A stretch of 48,651 bases of DNA from Thermoplasmata archaeon (GTDB lineage: Archaea > Thermoplasmatota > Thermoplasmata > Thermoplasmatales > GCA-001856825): contig JAKATW010000138.1 of NCBI GenBank assembly GCA_021827945.1, positions 1-48,651 of the forward strand. The letters are read 5' to 3'. Of the stretch, positions 1-8,337 are shown piece after piece. How positions within the stretch are numbered: position 1 is the first letter of the stretch; the number at the start of each line of letters is the position of its first letter. The notes beneath the pieces were generated by a model. It was given only the letters and a program-made list of their open reading frames with translations, was not told the DNA's origin and searched no databases. The position numbers were made by a program, and so were the translations under genes.

Positions 1-411
1 TAGAATTAGTTCAATCATAAATTCTGGAAACATATTTAACGCCCAGAAGATAAAGAAATAAGGAAACAACATTAACAGCAATTGCCAAATTTTTCTCGAT
101 GGATATAATGCTAAGCCGACTAGTATAATCTCAGCGCTAAACAACAAAAGCTCTTTAAAAACAAGACCAACTAAGAGAAAATCGATAATTAAAATAGCAA
201 TAACAGGAGCTAAATATGATATAAGAAAACTTGTCTTGAACCCTTTTGGTCCTTCCCTAAGTAGGTCGCCTATTGTTGGATTAACTTTATCCTCGATTTT
301 TCTCTTCTTCCTTCTGGACGGCTTTTTAGTTAATAATAGAGGGATCAATAATGATAATATGCCGGCTGTTAAATTTACGAATTCTATTATTGTACCTAAT
401 TCTGGTGGCAA
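1..411 (-). CDS. Partial membrane protein; 3' end lies beyond the window start, TTG start assumed
   Basis: Own reverse-strand translation. It is absent from the track because there is no stop inside the window. The frame is open for 137 codons from TTG at 411 to base 1. A basic stretch KKPSRRKKRKIEDKV is followed by hydrophobic helices (FLISYLAPVIAILIIDFLLVGLVF, IILVGLALYP, LLLMLFPYFFIFWAL). I prefer it over the antisense 236..457 ORF. Confidence 0.35.
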   Translation of the reverse strand, partial: MPPELGTIIEFVNLTAGILSLLIPLLLTKKPSRRKKRKIEDKVNPTIGDLLREGPKGFKTSFLISYLAPVIAILIIDFLLVGLVFKELLLFSAEIILVGLALYPSRKIWQLLLMLFPYFFIFWALNMFPEFMIELIL

Positions 412-466
412 CAGTTCTATAACTTTCAGTGATATTTTAACTTATTATAAACGCTAGATGCTGTAA

Positions 467-790
467 TCATGTCCACCCTTCTACAAATTCTTTCATTTCC
501 TGTATAAACCTGTCCAGAAAAGATTTCCTTACCGGACAGTGAAATCTCAGGGAGAGGGTTTGTGAGCAAACTATCGGTGGTGGGAGATGGGTTTTTCGGG
601 CTTTGACTACAAGATACAACACGTCTACGATCTTTTGATTCATGAGATCTGAAGTACTTTCCTTATTGAACATTCAGACATGTGCTGCGCTTTGGTTGAC
701 AATATCAGACACTACTCTTGTTGCCAGTCCAAGGTGACCGGAAGGTCGAGAGAATGTGTAAATATCCGTAAGGATTGTTATTTATCCGAG
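467..790 (-). pseudogene. Decayed C-terminal remnant of a tyrosine recombinase, paralog of the gene at 4100-4675
   Basis: The 68-aa ORF ends ...SFLDRFIQEMKEFVEGWT, colinear with ...PFTDRDKQEMKEWIEGWI of the intact recombinase. VKARKTH aligns with KSMRKTY. In another frame up to ~790, GHLGLATRVVSDIVNQ resembles AHLHRVSMPKRVAFDQ. The catalytic GH and RHY positions are substituted and the frame is broken. Confidence 0.5.
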
Positions 791-803
791 GAAAGGAGTT
801 TAG

Positions 804-1064
804 ATGGTTAATTCAAGAGAAATGACTGATTCTGAGTTGATGGCAGAACTTGAGAGAAGGAAAGTCTTGGAACCGACACTAAACATAAGGGTGGGCTTTG
901 GTTCATCGCTCAAATTCTGGCTTGCTTACCTGATAGTTAGCATGATCTCTTTCTTGATAGTTGTACTTATCATTGTTCTAATAATCTACCTTTTATTCCC
1001 GGGCTTAGGAACCATTCTTACGCATTACGGGCTATCAATTTGGAGCATGCTCACATATGCTTAA
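804..1064 (+). CDS. Small membrane protein (86 aa), unknown function
   Basis: ORF track. A GGAG-type motif (aaaggagtttagATG) lies 5 nt upstream. The N-terminal segment is charged and is followed by two hydrophobic helices (FWLAYLIVSMISFLIVVLIIVLIIYLLF). Confidence 0.5.
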   Translation: MVNSREMTDSELMAELERRKVLEPTLNIRVGFGSSLKFWLAYLIVSMISFLIVVLIIVLIIYLLFPGLGTILTHYGLSIWSMLTYA

Positions 1065-1129
1065 TTCTTTTATTCCTAACAGCAGCCCCTCGAGAAGATA
1101 TTTAAATATCTTAGGGGATTCATATTATA

Positions 1130-2239
1130 ATGAACCATAGATATAACTTAACTTCTGAATTGGATGTCAAAAAACAAATCCCGTTGATTCAGAATTTTAT
1201 GTGTACTGAACCTATCTTTGCAGAGCCCTTATCAGTATCAGGGTTGTTGCTTTATCGAAATAAACAATACCTAGACGCTCTTCGCTTGCTTCAAAAGTCC
1301 TTGGTCATAGATGTAGGACTCCACGAGTCTAGGTATGTTATGAGATTATGCGCTGAAAAATTAGGTAGCTCTAGCAGAAATGAAGAAAATATTGTTAGAA
1401 ATGGAATGATTAATCCGGGAAAAATATTCTCTTGGATGATACCAGTACACTTAAGAGAGTCTTCAAAAGGTACTGAGTCATACGAAAAAATACTCGGAGA
1501 GGTATATAAATGGGTAACGCACCACATATCCGATCAGAGCTTTTTTAAAGAGATCGTTGATTTTCTATCGATAAAAATTGAGACGGCAACGAACGATGAT
1601 GAAATATCTCGTCTATATTCGATAAAAGGTCACTTTTTACTTGCAGATTCCTACTTGAGGCTAGATAACAGGGAGTTGCTTATACTTGCTGACAATTGTT
1701 ATGAGAATTCTGATAAATCAAAAGCTGCTGGATGCAGATCAAGCTCCTTAAGAGGTAGGGCAGAGATTAACTTCATATTGGGAAACTATGATGATGCTTT
1801 GGAATATTCAGATAAATCAATTAAATGCGATCCTAGCTACCCTTACGCATACGTGACTAAAGGGGTCATTGAATGGCACAATAGAGAGTATTCAGAGGCA
1901 ATAAAGCTGTTCTCAATGGCAATTGACCAATACCTAGGAATGGTCACTGTAAGGAAACCGTCAACTGAAGTGATGCAACTTATAGAGGAGAAAATATCTT
2001 CAATTCTCTTGAACCAATCTGACGAAATAGATTCAAGAAATGAATTTCGTGCATGGATACTTTCCAGCTATTATTACGGCTATTGCCCTTTTCATCCAAA
2101 AGAGACTTCTTATTTCAATATTCAGAAGAGGAAAACAGGAAATTATCTTAGAGTATGTCACACATTAGCGAAGGGTGAGGGAGACAGAAAGTTTCTGGAT
2201 TGCCATTCTCTTATCAATCGTAATCAAAATGGTTTTTAG
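1130..2239 (+). CDS. TPR-repeat protein with a Cys/His-rich C-terminus, unknown function
   Basis: ORF track, 369 aa. TPR-like repeats are present, e.g. GRAEINFILGNYDDALEYSDKSIKCDPSYPYAYVTKGVIEWHNREYSEAIKLFSMAI. The C-terminal segment is CPFHPKE...RVCHTLAKGEGDRKFLDCH. Confidence 0.65.
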   Translation: MNHRYNLTSELDVKKQIPLIQNFMCTEPIFAEPLSVSGLLLYRNKQYLDALRLLQKSLVIDVGLHESRYVMRLCAEKLGSSSRNEENIVRNGMINPGKIFSWMIPVHLRESSKGTESYEKILGEVYKWVTHHISDQSFFKEIVDFLSIKIETATNDDEISRLYSIKGHFLLADSYLRLDNRELLILADNCYENSDKSKAAGCRSSSLRGRAEINFILGNYDDALEYSDKSIKCDPSYPYAYVTKGVIEWHNREYSEAIKLFSMAIDQYLGMVTVRKPSTEVMQLIEEKISSILLNQSDEIDSRNEFRAWILSSYYYGYCPFHPKETSYFNIQKRKTGNYLRVCHTLAKGEGDRKFLDCHSLINRNQNGF

Positions 2240-2310
2240 GTACTTTCTTTGGAAATGTTCCAAAGAAATTCTTTATTTTTAAGTTCACTCAAATTATTGG
2301 TGATTAAAAA

Positions 2311-2505
2311 ATGGGAGATGATGAAAAAGACTCTGGAAGACAGTACCTGAAAGATGGAACCTTCATAGAGTATTCACGAAATGAAGACTACCACGTGCAT
2401 TATGACTCAGGGGGAGGTTCCGACATTCCAGTGGCAATCCATGATAATGCACCCACAGAAAATATCAGGAACACACCTATATCAGAACTCAAGCACGACG
2501 ACTGA
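2311..2505 (+). CDS. Small acidic hypothetical protein (64 aa)
   Basis: ORF track only. It has no recognisable motif. It lies between the cargo ORFs and is followed by a T-rich tract. Confidence 0.3.
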   Translation: MGDDEKDSGRQYLKDGTFIEYSRNEDYHVHYDSGGGSDIPVAIHDNAPTENIRNTPISELKHDD

Positions 2506-2507
2506 AA

Positions 2508-2526
2508 TTTATTCTTTTTATCTTCA
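2508..2526 (+). terminator. T-rich tract, possible archaeal oligo-T terminator
   Basis: The sequence atttattctttttatcttc lies immediately after the stop at 2503-2505. Confidence 0.25.
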
Positions 2527-2742
2527 ATTTATTTAACAACCGTCAAATGGTTTTGAATTGAACCACACTCTCTCAAGGAGGGCCTACGGGCAAGCTCCGG
2601 CGAATAAATAGTGACATCCGTTTAATTGAATTTTCCAAGATCAAAGCATAATTAAATTAAAACATACCCTGTAAGCGCATATAATCTGTAAAATGAACAG
2701 GTATAAAGGTGTGAAAATCCAGACAGGGTTTGCATACCATAA

Positions 2743-3336
2743 ATGTATATTCAGAAAATCATGATACAATCCAAGATGATTCCTTTAAGTTCATTCTTGC
2801 CTACTGCTCTGACTGCAATAATCTCAGGATCATCTGGCTATATTGGAAGACTACTCTGGGAAAGAAGGAAACTCAAGGATGCCAAGGTCAGGAACTTGAT
2901 TCGCATTATAGGCTTTTTAAGCGACAAGCGAGCGAAATCGGATAAGGACATTAACGATTTTAACGGATTTCTAACGGAAGAAGGGCACAGATTAGGTAAG
3001 GAAATTGTCAGGATTATACCTCACATTTTTGATGCGTTATGGATAGTCAGTGGTTTTGGCAAAGCGAGTTATGGAGGAAAAGACTACAATGACATCATAA
3101 GACACATTGATGGCAGATTTATTAGTGCGAATCTTGGGTATGATGCAGAAAGATTTTACTGGCTCGTTTCAGAGAGCGTTATGAATAAATGGATAGACGT
3201 AGGGAATTTAGCAATTAAAGAGTACAATAAGTTGACAGAAAGGGATGTTGAAGTGGATAGATGGATGCTCAAGACTGTCCCTTTAGATAATCTCACTCAT
3301 GTCCTAATTAGAGATACACCCGATTCAGACTACTAA
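2743..3336 (+). CDS. Hypothetical protein with an N-terminal transmembrane helix (197 aa)
   Basis: ORF track. The hydrophobic segment MIPLSSFLPTALTAIISGSSGYIG is followed by a soluble domain that I do not recognise. The start codon is uncertain because several in-frame Met codons are present. Confidence 0.5.
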   Translation: MYIQKIMIQSKMIPLSSFLPTALTAIISGSSGYIGRLLWERRKLKDAKVRNLIRIIGFLSDKRAKSDKDINDFNGFLTEEGHRLGKEIVRIIPHIFDALWIVSGFGKASYGGKDYNDIIRHIDGRFISANLGYDAERFYWLVSESVMNKWIDVGNLAIKEYNKLTERDVEVDRWMLKTVPLDNLTHVLIRDTPDSDY

Positions 3337-3944
3337 AACGATAAGTTCAAGATAAGTGGGATGGAGCATCACCACGTTATCTTGTCCATATACTCTTGTG
3401 AGTTTACCTGTATTGCCTTGGTATAGGTTGATGTAGTCCACAAACTGAAATGATCCAGCTACTGGTGGTGAGGTTTGTTGAATAGGGCTCCATTGAAAAG
3501 AGATTTGACCGCAAATGTATGACGGAACTTATCAACGTGGATTTAAAATCCTAGCTCTTTCTCCATTTTCGTGAGTAACTGGTCCGCCGCACCCCTTCGG
3601 TTTTTGAGGGGCCAAGAGAGGTGGGGCAAGAAAAGAGCCAACGGAGACGTAAAGCTTTTCCCAAATGGTGAGCATTTTACACAGGATTAGTTCATATAGC
3701 GAAATTCATTCAGATTCAAGGGCCTTTTGAATCTTTTAAGATCTTTCCTTGAAGAGTTGCAGACCTGAGAAATATCCCAGCTGCAGCATCTGATTGAAGA
3801 ATTAGAAAGATGGCTGGTAAATCTGTGATTCAGTGAAATAATGATTCAAAGGTCTGAGAACGTGTTTGTATGTTACTATCGGTATGTGAATTGTGAGAAA
3901 ATTAGCTATAAAAGCGAGCTTCGGTTAAAAAAAGTATTTCAAAT

Positions 3945-4109
3945 CTAACAAACCTCAAAGATTATAATAGAAACCATCACTGTGATTACGAGCTCAGAAG
4001 CATATGGTAAACCAGCTGTTCCTGCCACTATCGCTAGAAGAAGAGATCCGTCTATAATCATCTCTATGAAAATGATAACAATGACCAGAGGTGCTTTGCT
4101 TAAATCCAT
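3945..4109 (-). CDS. Small hydrophobic protein (54 aa) overlapping the recombinase stop
   Basis: Own translation; it falls below the track's size cutoff. The product is MDLSKAPLVIVIIFIEMIIDGSLLLAIVAGTAGLPYASELVITVMVSIIIFEVC. Its ATG at 4109 lies inside the last codons of the recombinase gene (stop at 4100-4102). It has two predicted TM helices. Confidence 0.35.
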   Translation of the reverse strand: MDLSKAPLVIVIIFIEMIIDGSLLLAIVAGTAGLPYASELVITVMVSIIIFEVC

Positions 4110-4675
4110 CCCTCTATCCATTCCTTCATTTCCTGCTTGTCCCTATCCGTGAACGGGATCCCTAAGTAGTGCCTGAGTTCCGTTCTGCTAGAATGCCCCA
4201 TCGAGAGGAAAATGTAGTCAGACATCTGGGGATAGTATGCCCTCAACCATGACGTGTAAGTCTTCCTCATGCTCTTCACCGAAATCTTGGTTGGATTGAA
4301 TCCTGGCGAAGCCTCAATAGCCTTAAACCCTTTCCTCTTCAGCATCTGGTCGAACGCAACCCTCTTTGGCATTGATACTCTGTGCAGGTGAGCAAGGACT
4401 GTCTTTCCCTTGATTGACAGTCTGATCCATCGCTGCCGTTCGTCCGGATCCTTTATTGCACGACCTTTGAGAACTGCCTCAGCCGGGAGATGGATGGAAC
4501 TGTCATCCAACCATTCTGGGTGATCGTGAAACCTCAGCAGTTCCTCATACCTCATTCCTGTTAGAAGAAGGGAGTCGAGAACCAGTTGCTGATCTTCATT
4601 CAACTGATTCCTTAAGATCAGATACTCGGACGGTCTTAGCACCCTGGTACCCTTAACTATAATGGGATCGGACAC
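4100..4675 (-). CDS. int: Short tyrosine recombinase/integrase (191 aa, catalytic domain only)
   Basis: The box I-like motif is LLTGMRYEELLRF. The box II-like region is SMRKTYTSWL...LSMGHSSRTELRHY, containing the GH and the terminal catalytic Tyr. There is no N-terminal core-binding domain. Confidence 0.8.
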   Translation of the reverse strand: MSDPIIVKGTRVLRPSEYLILRNQLNEDQQLVLDSLLLTGMRYEELLRFHDHPEWLDDSSIHLPAEAVLKGRAIKDPDERQRWIRLSIKGKTVLAHLHRVSMPKRVAFDQMLKRKGFKAIEASPGFNPTKISVKSMRKTYTSWLRAYYPQMSDYIFLSMGHSSRTELRHYLGIPFTDRDKQEMKEWIEGWI

Positions 4676-5013
4676 AAGTAACGTTATGCTTAAAACGTAT
4701 GTGTATTTTCTGATATTCCATCTCAGGTATATATGCGATGGAAATCAAAGGGTAGTAGAATGCATACGTTTACAGTATGATAACGTATGTATGAATTTGT
4801 ATCATATCTCTAAAGATCGGGAGAGCTCTATCTCTCAATCTCAGGGCTAAAACCGAAAGGCAACTTCTATCAAGATTCTAGATTGGATGAAAATTTAACT
4901 CGAGGATTACGTTTCACGCTAATCTTCGTTTCCAAGAAGTAAGACACACTTTAAACCTTTAACTAAGCTATACAATGGAGCCCCCTCCTTTCTCTGTAAG
5001 AAGCAGTGGAAAT

Positions 5014-7317
5014 TCACAGAGTAATTTCGCTGCCCGAAAATCCCCTTCTTATTGGATTCACAACATCCCATGATAGGACTTTTAAAAGGAAGCCATGTTC
5101 TACTTCGCCCGTCATAGGATCAAGAAGATCCTTATTGGCTTGGACAAATACATCTTTTGGCGTAAACAAGTTCCTTTCAAGGCCTTTCCGGAGAATATTA
5201 AAGGCTACTTCCTCTTTTCCTGACATTACATATGCTTCAAGAAGAGAAAATGTCGTGATAATCTCTCTCTTATCGATCTCTACTGCTCTATTTAAGACTT
5301 CGACCCCCTCTGTGTAATTGTTTAACTTCGCAAGGTAGTAGCCAAAATTGTTCAAATAGCTTTGCTCATTAGGATCTAGAGATTGGGCTCGTTCGATTGC
5401 TGAGCATGCCTCTTTTAATCGGTTTAGCTTATTAAAGGCAAGGGAAAGTCCGAAATAGTAGCTTGGGTTGGAAGAATTTAACTTTATTGCACTTTGCCAT
5501 TCGGTAACTGAATCCTCGTATTTTCCCCACTTGAGAAAAAAGTCCGCCAGTTGTCCGTGGTAAGTCGCAGTTTTCTTAGTATCCGCAGATACTGCTTCTA
5601 ACTCGGTTTCCTCCTGTTTCTTTTTCTTGAGTAAGGTTTCTAGGCGTATCTTTACTAGCTCATTCGAACTTTCTAAAGTAAGAGATTTCTGATAATACTC
5701 TATCGCAAATATAAGGTCATCAATGGCCTCATATATATCACCAATCATAGCATATACATCTGGTTCCTCTTCCGAGATACTTATTAATTTCTTAAGGTCC
5801 TCCATTGCGAGCCAATATCCTCCTAACCTTCTCCAACCATATGCCCTGTTAAAGTAGACATCCGGAAATACTATTGGAGTATAGGATTCCTCAATCAATC
5901 TTGAATATGTATCAATTCCCTCTTCAAACAGGCCGGATTTAATCAACTCCTCCCCAAGTCTACGTTCAGTCATCTCTAGTCTTCCAAAACCATCGAAGGA
6001 ATTATCACTAATCACATAAGAGTTATCGGTTCCTTTTTTCACAACACCTTTGTCACTGAGCACAGAAAGTACTACTTCGATGCGTTCTTTTGGTATATTA
6101 AGTAGTCTACTTAAGTACTCTGAGGTAGCACTTTTGCTTACCGCCACAGAAGAAGCCACTTTCTTGCAATCGCTAATGAATGAGGTATCCTCGACTGTTC
6201 TAAGTAGATGTTCTAGTTCAAGTGTTGCACCATCTGAAACTACTTTACCTGCCTCAGCGGCTGCTCTTCTGGCAATAAGGTGTATTTGTTCCTCAAACGT
6301 GGTTTTACGACGATTGTCTTTATAGGATTTGTTTGGCAGTTTATTCAGCCTATTTACTGTACTAACGAAGTAATTTCCAAATTTGACAAGTGCACCTGGA
6401 AGACCTTCAGCACCGCTGTAGCCCTCATTGACAACATAATTTTCTATTTCAGCAGGAATGGATAACTTTCCCCGTCTAAACCCACTTTCCAGAAATGTCT
6501 TCGACTGATCTCTATCGAACGGATAAAGTGTCAGATTTCCAATCGCACGGTTGTACATAATATCCATGAATTCCTTATCTAACAATTGGTTCATTAGCCT
6601 AATATCCGACCCTGTCAAAATGACCTTCACGTTTCGTTTGTTGTCCTGTACATGTTTCAGAATTGATAAAAACTCAGTCTTTTCTTCCAACTTCCATCTA
6701 GTCGCCTGTTGCACTTCATCTAGAACAATTAATGCAACTGACTTGTCACAATTTTCAGCTGATAATCCAATCGCGTCTATCATCCCACGCAGTCCTGCTT
6801 TCATAAATAACTCATGCCCTTTTCCACCTATTTCCAATCCAGCAGTCACAGGAAGAAATGGAATGTTAAAAGGAAATGAATAATGTTTTTCCGATCCTTC
6901 AAGGAATGATAATACTTTCTGGAATTTTTTAACGTGTTTTGGTTTCTTAACGAAAGTAATTACTTCAGAGAAGGTGGATTCAACGCTTACGCCGAGAGTC
7001 GTTTTCATCATTTCCATGTTCATTATATTGTCCATGCTAAGATAAATTGGTATCACCTTGAATGGCAACTTTAGGTCGTCCCTCTTATCGTCACTGACTG
7101 TCATAGCCAGAAATGACTTTAATAGACTGGATTTGCCAACTTGCCTTTTTCCTTTCACGATTAGTAAAGAGTCTTCTCCCGATGCAAGGAAATTCTTCAA
7201 ATCGAGAAGTTCTTTATCTCTTCCTAGCAATTTGGAAGGGTCGGTTATTGCTATCTTAGAAAAAGGATCGTGAATTACATAATGAACTCCTTCAACAATA
7301 TGGCCATGTTCTGCCAT
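5014..7317 (-). CDS. STAND/NLR-like NTPase: archaeal ATPase (Arch_ATPase-type) domain, wHTH-like segment and C-terminal TPR array
   Basis: 767 aa. LGRDKEL precedes Walker A KGKRQVGKSS (aa 55-64). Walker B is LIVLDEVQ (aa 196-203). An HTH-like segment, ATSEYLSRLLNIPKERIEVVLSVLSDKGVV, lies at about aa 397-426. Multiple TPR-like repeats span about aa 455-715 (AIEYYQKSLTLESSN, WQSAIKLNSSNPSYYFGLSLAF, AIERAQSLDPNEQSYLNNFGYYL, VLNRAVEIDKRE). Confidence 0.8.
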   Translation of the reverse strand: MAEHGHIVEGVHYVIHDPFSKIAITDPSKLLGRDKELLDLKNFLASGEDSLLIVKGKRQVGKSSLLKSFLAMTVSDDKRDDLKLPFKVIPIYLSMDNIMNMEMMKTTLGVSVESTFSEVITFVKKPKHVKKFQKVLSFLEGSEKHYSFPFNIPFLPVTAGLEIGGKGHELFMKAGLRGMIDAIGLSAENCDKSVALIVLDEVQQATRWKLEEKTEFLSILKHVQDNKRNVKVILTGSDIRLMNQLLDKEFMDIMYNRAIGNLTLYPFDRDQSKTFLESGFRRGKLSIPAEIENYVVNEGYSGAEGLPGALVKFGNYFVSTVNRLNKLPNKSYKDNRRKTTFEEQIHLIARRAAAEAGKVVSDGATLELEHLLRTVEDTSFISDCKKVASSVAVSKSATSEYLSRLLNIPKERIEVVLSVLSDKGVVKKGTDNSYVISDNSFDGFGRLEMTERRLGEELIKSGLFEEGIDTYSRLIEESYTPIVFPDVYFNRAYGWRRLGGYWLAMEDLKKLISISEEEPDVYAMIGDIYEAIDDLIFAIEYYQKSLTLESSNELVKIRLETLLKKKKQEETELEAVSADTKKTATYHGQLADFFLKWGKYEDSVTEWQSAIKLNSSNPSYYFGLSLAFNKLNRLKEACSAIERAQSLDPNEQSYLNNFGYYLAKLNNYTEGVEVLNRAVEIDKREIITTFSLLEAYVMSGKEEVAFNILRKGLERNLFTPKDVFVQANKDLLDPMTGEVEHGFLLKVLSWDVVNPIRRGFSGSEITL

Positions 7318-7591
7318 ATTGTAATTATATTCTACAGATATTTAATTCTGTTCAAACTGTAATTTCTATGAATGTCCAATGCAAAGTCCTAAATTCGACT
7401 CTTCCTTAATAGATTGTTATTCTAAAATCGACTCTCCGCCGCCTGTCGCATCCTTTGATCATTCCCTTGAACTCTTTGGGCCCGAGTATCACGGTCTTCA
7501 TAACTTCCTTGCTCTTGGACTTCTTTCAACCAACTTTCTCGCCTAGAGTTCAATGGGATTCTCAATCATTATGTATATATTCCAAAACCAT

Positions 7592-7706
7592 TCTTTAATT
7601 TTAGGTAAAACTGAAAGAAAGTGATTGAAATTTTGATAGGATCCTTGGATGTTAACAGGATGAAGGTAGTATTTTCTTTCAATTTTAAGGAGAAAACTGA
7701 AAGAAG
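7592..7706. repeat. Two copies of a 29-32 nt internally palindromic repeat
   Basis: Copy 1 (7592-7620) is ttctttaattttaggtaaaactgaaagaa. Copy 2 (7675-7706) is ttctttcaattttaaggagaaaactgaaagaa. Each is a near-perfect inverted repeat, ttctttcaatttt / aaaactgaaagaa. A degenerate third copy, acgaaagctgaaagaagag, lies at 7851-7869. Confidence 0.45.
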
Positions 7707-7957
7707 GAAGAGGAACTCTATAAAATCTCAGTTTACTTTTATCCATCGTGCAAATGTTCAACGTTGAGGCCCCTGTTCGGCTGTGCCTTGATAGATTGCA
7801 CCTTCGGAATCGTCAAATCATGAGGTCTTCGATTTCCGATTCAAGACAAACGAAAGCTGAAAGAAGAGCTGCTCCCTCTTTCTCTCTTCAACAGATCTTT
7901 CCAGTGCTTCCCTTTTCTTCCTACTCATTTGATAGGTCTTACCTTCCTTCTTGGTCG

Positions 7958-8170
7958 TCAGTTCTTCTCGTTCCTCCTGGTGAGGACTACGATGTAGTAC
8001 ATCAAAGCAACTAACCCTGCTATCAGGTACTCTGCCCCGCCATACGGGGTCTGATCCAGATATCCGAGCTCCGCTATAATTCCCGAGATGGCGTTTAGGT
8101 TCGGCGGAAGGTTGGAACTCGAGATCTTTCCTGAAACTGGAGCATTTGCGGTGCCTATTGCACCGATCAT
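7958..8170 (-). CDS. Possible small C-terminally membrane-anchored protein, or the 3' fragment of a decayed surface-protein gene
   Basis: 70-aa ORF in the track. The frame is open upstream to 8209 with no further start. The product is Gly/Ala/Ser-rich and ends with the hydrophobic helix YLIAGLVALMYYIVVL plus the basic tail TRRNEKN. Confidence 0.25.
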   Translation of the reverse strand: MIGAIGTANAPVSGKISSSNLPPNLNAISGIIAELGYLDQTPYGGAEYLIAGLVALMYYIVVLTRRNEKN

Positions 8171-8337
8171 TGAGATGTAGGCCCCGCTCTGGATCTGATT
8201 TACCTGAGCCTAGGTAAGATTGATGTTGAGGGTGAAGCTGCCAGTCCAATATAGAACTTGAGAGTTGTCTAGTGCAATTTTCAAACTGTTAAACGATTGT
8301 ACCAGAACCTTTAAAGTTCATAATAAATAATTAGCTT

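Larger units (their letters stand above)
467..4675. mobile_element. Putative integrated element or tandem integration remnant bracketed by one decayed and one intact tyrosine recombinase gene
   Basis: Two homologous recombinase genes in the same orientation flank AT-rich orphan ORFs. No att direct repeats or tRNA target were found, so the borders are provisional. Confidence 0.4.

Noticed and set aside
236-457. 73-aa plus-strand ORF at the window start
   Set aside because: The opposite strand carries a longer open frame (1-411) with membrane-protein character. The plus-strand product is low complexity.
4287-4310. tRNA T-arm-like string ggttggattgaatcc inside the recombinase gene (possible att/tRNA fragment)
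   Set aside because: The T-stem has no complementary halves, and there is no acceptor or anticodon arm nearby. It lies within the coding sequence. I found no tRNA gene anywhere in the window.
3485-4983. 11-nt inverted match gggctccattg (3485-3495) / caatggagccc (4973-4983) flanking the recombinase as possible terminal inverted repeats
   Set aside because: It is too short, does not extend on either side, and tyrosine recombinase elements normally have direct att repeats. It needs a computed repeat search.
5006-7273. Plus-strand ORFs (61-110 aa) antisense to the STAND NTPase gene
   Set aside because: They overlap each other and a 767-aa ORF that has clear Walker and TPR motifs. Their composition is typical of antisense frames.
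7592-7869. CRISPR array
   Set aside because: There are only two good repeat copies plus one degenerate copy. The spacing is irregular (about 83 nt, then about 160 nt), the spacer is longer than usual, and no cas gene is in the window. I report it as a repeat only.
7543-8249. 72-aa, 88-aa and 143-aa ORFs in the gene-poor stretch
   Set aside because: They are mutually overlapping and have no recognisable motifs. Part of the 72-aa ORF merely translates the palindromic repeat (SFSFLLKIE / FLSVLPKIKE). I treat the region as non-coding or decayed.
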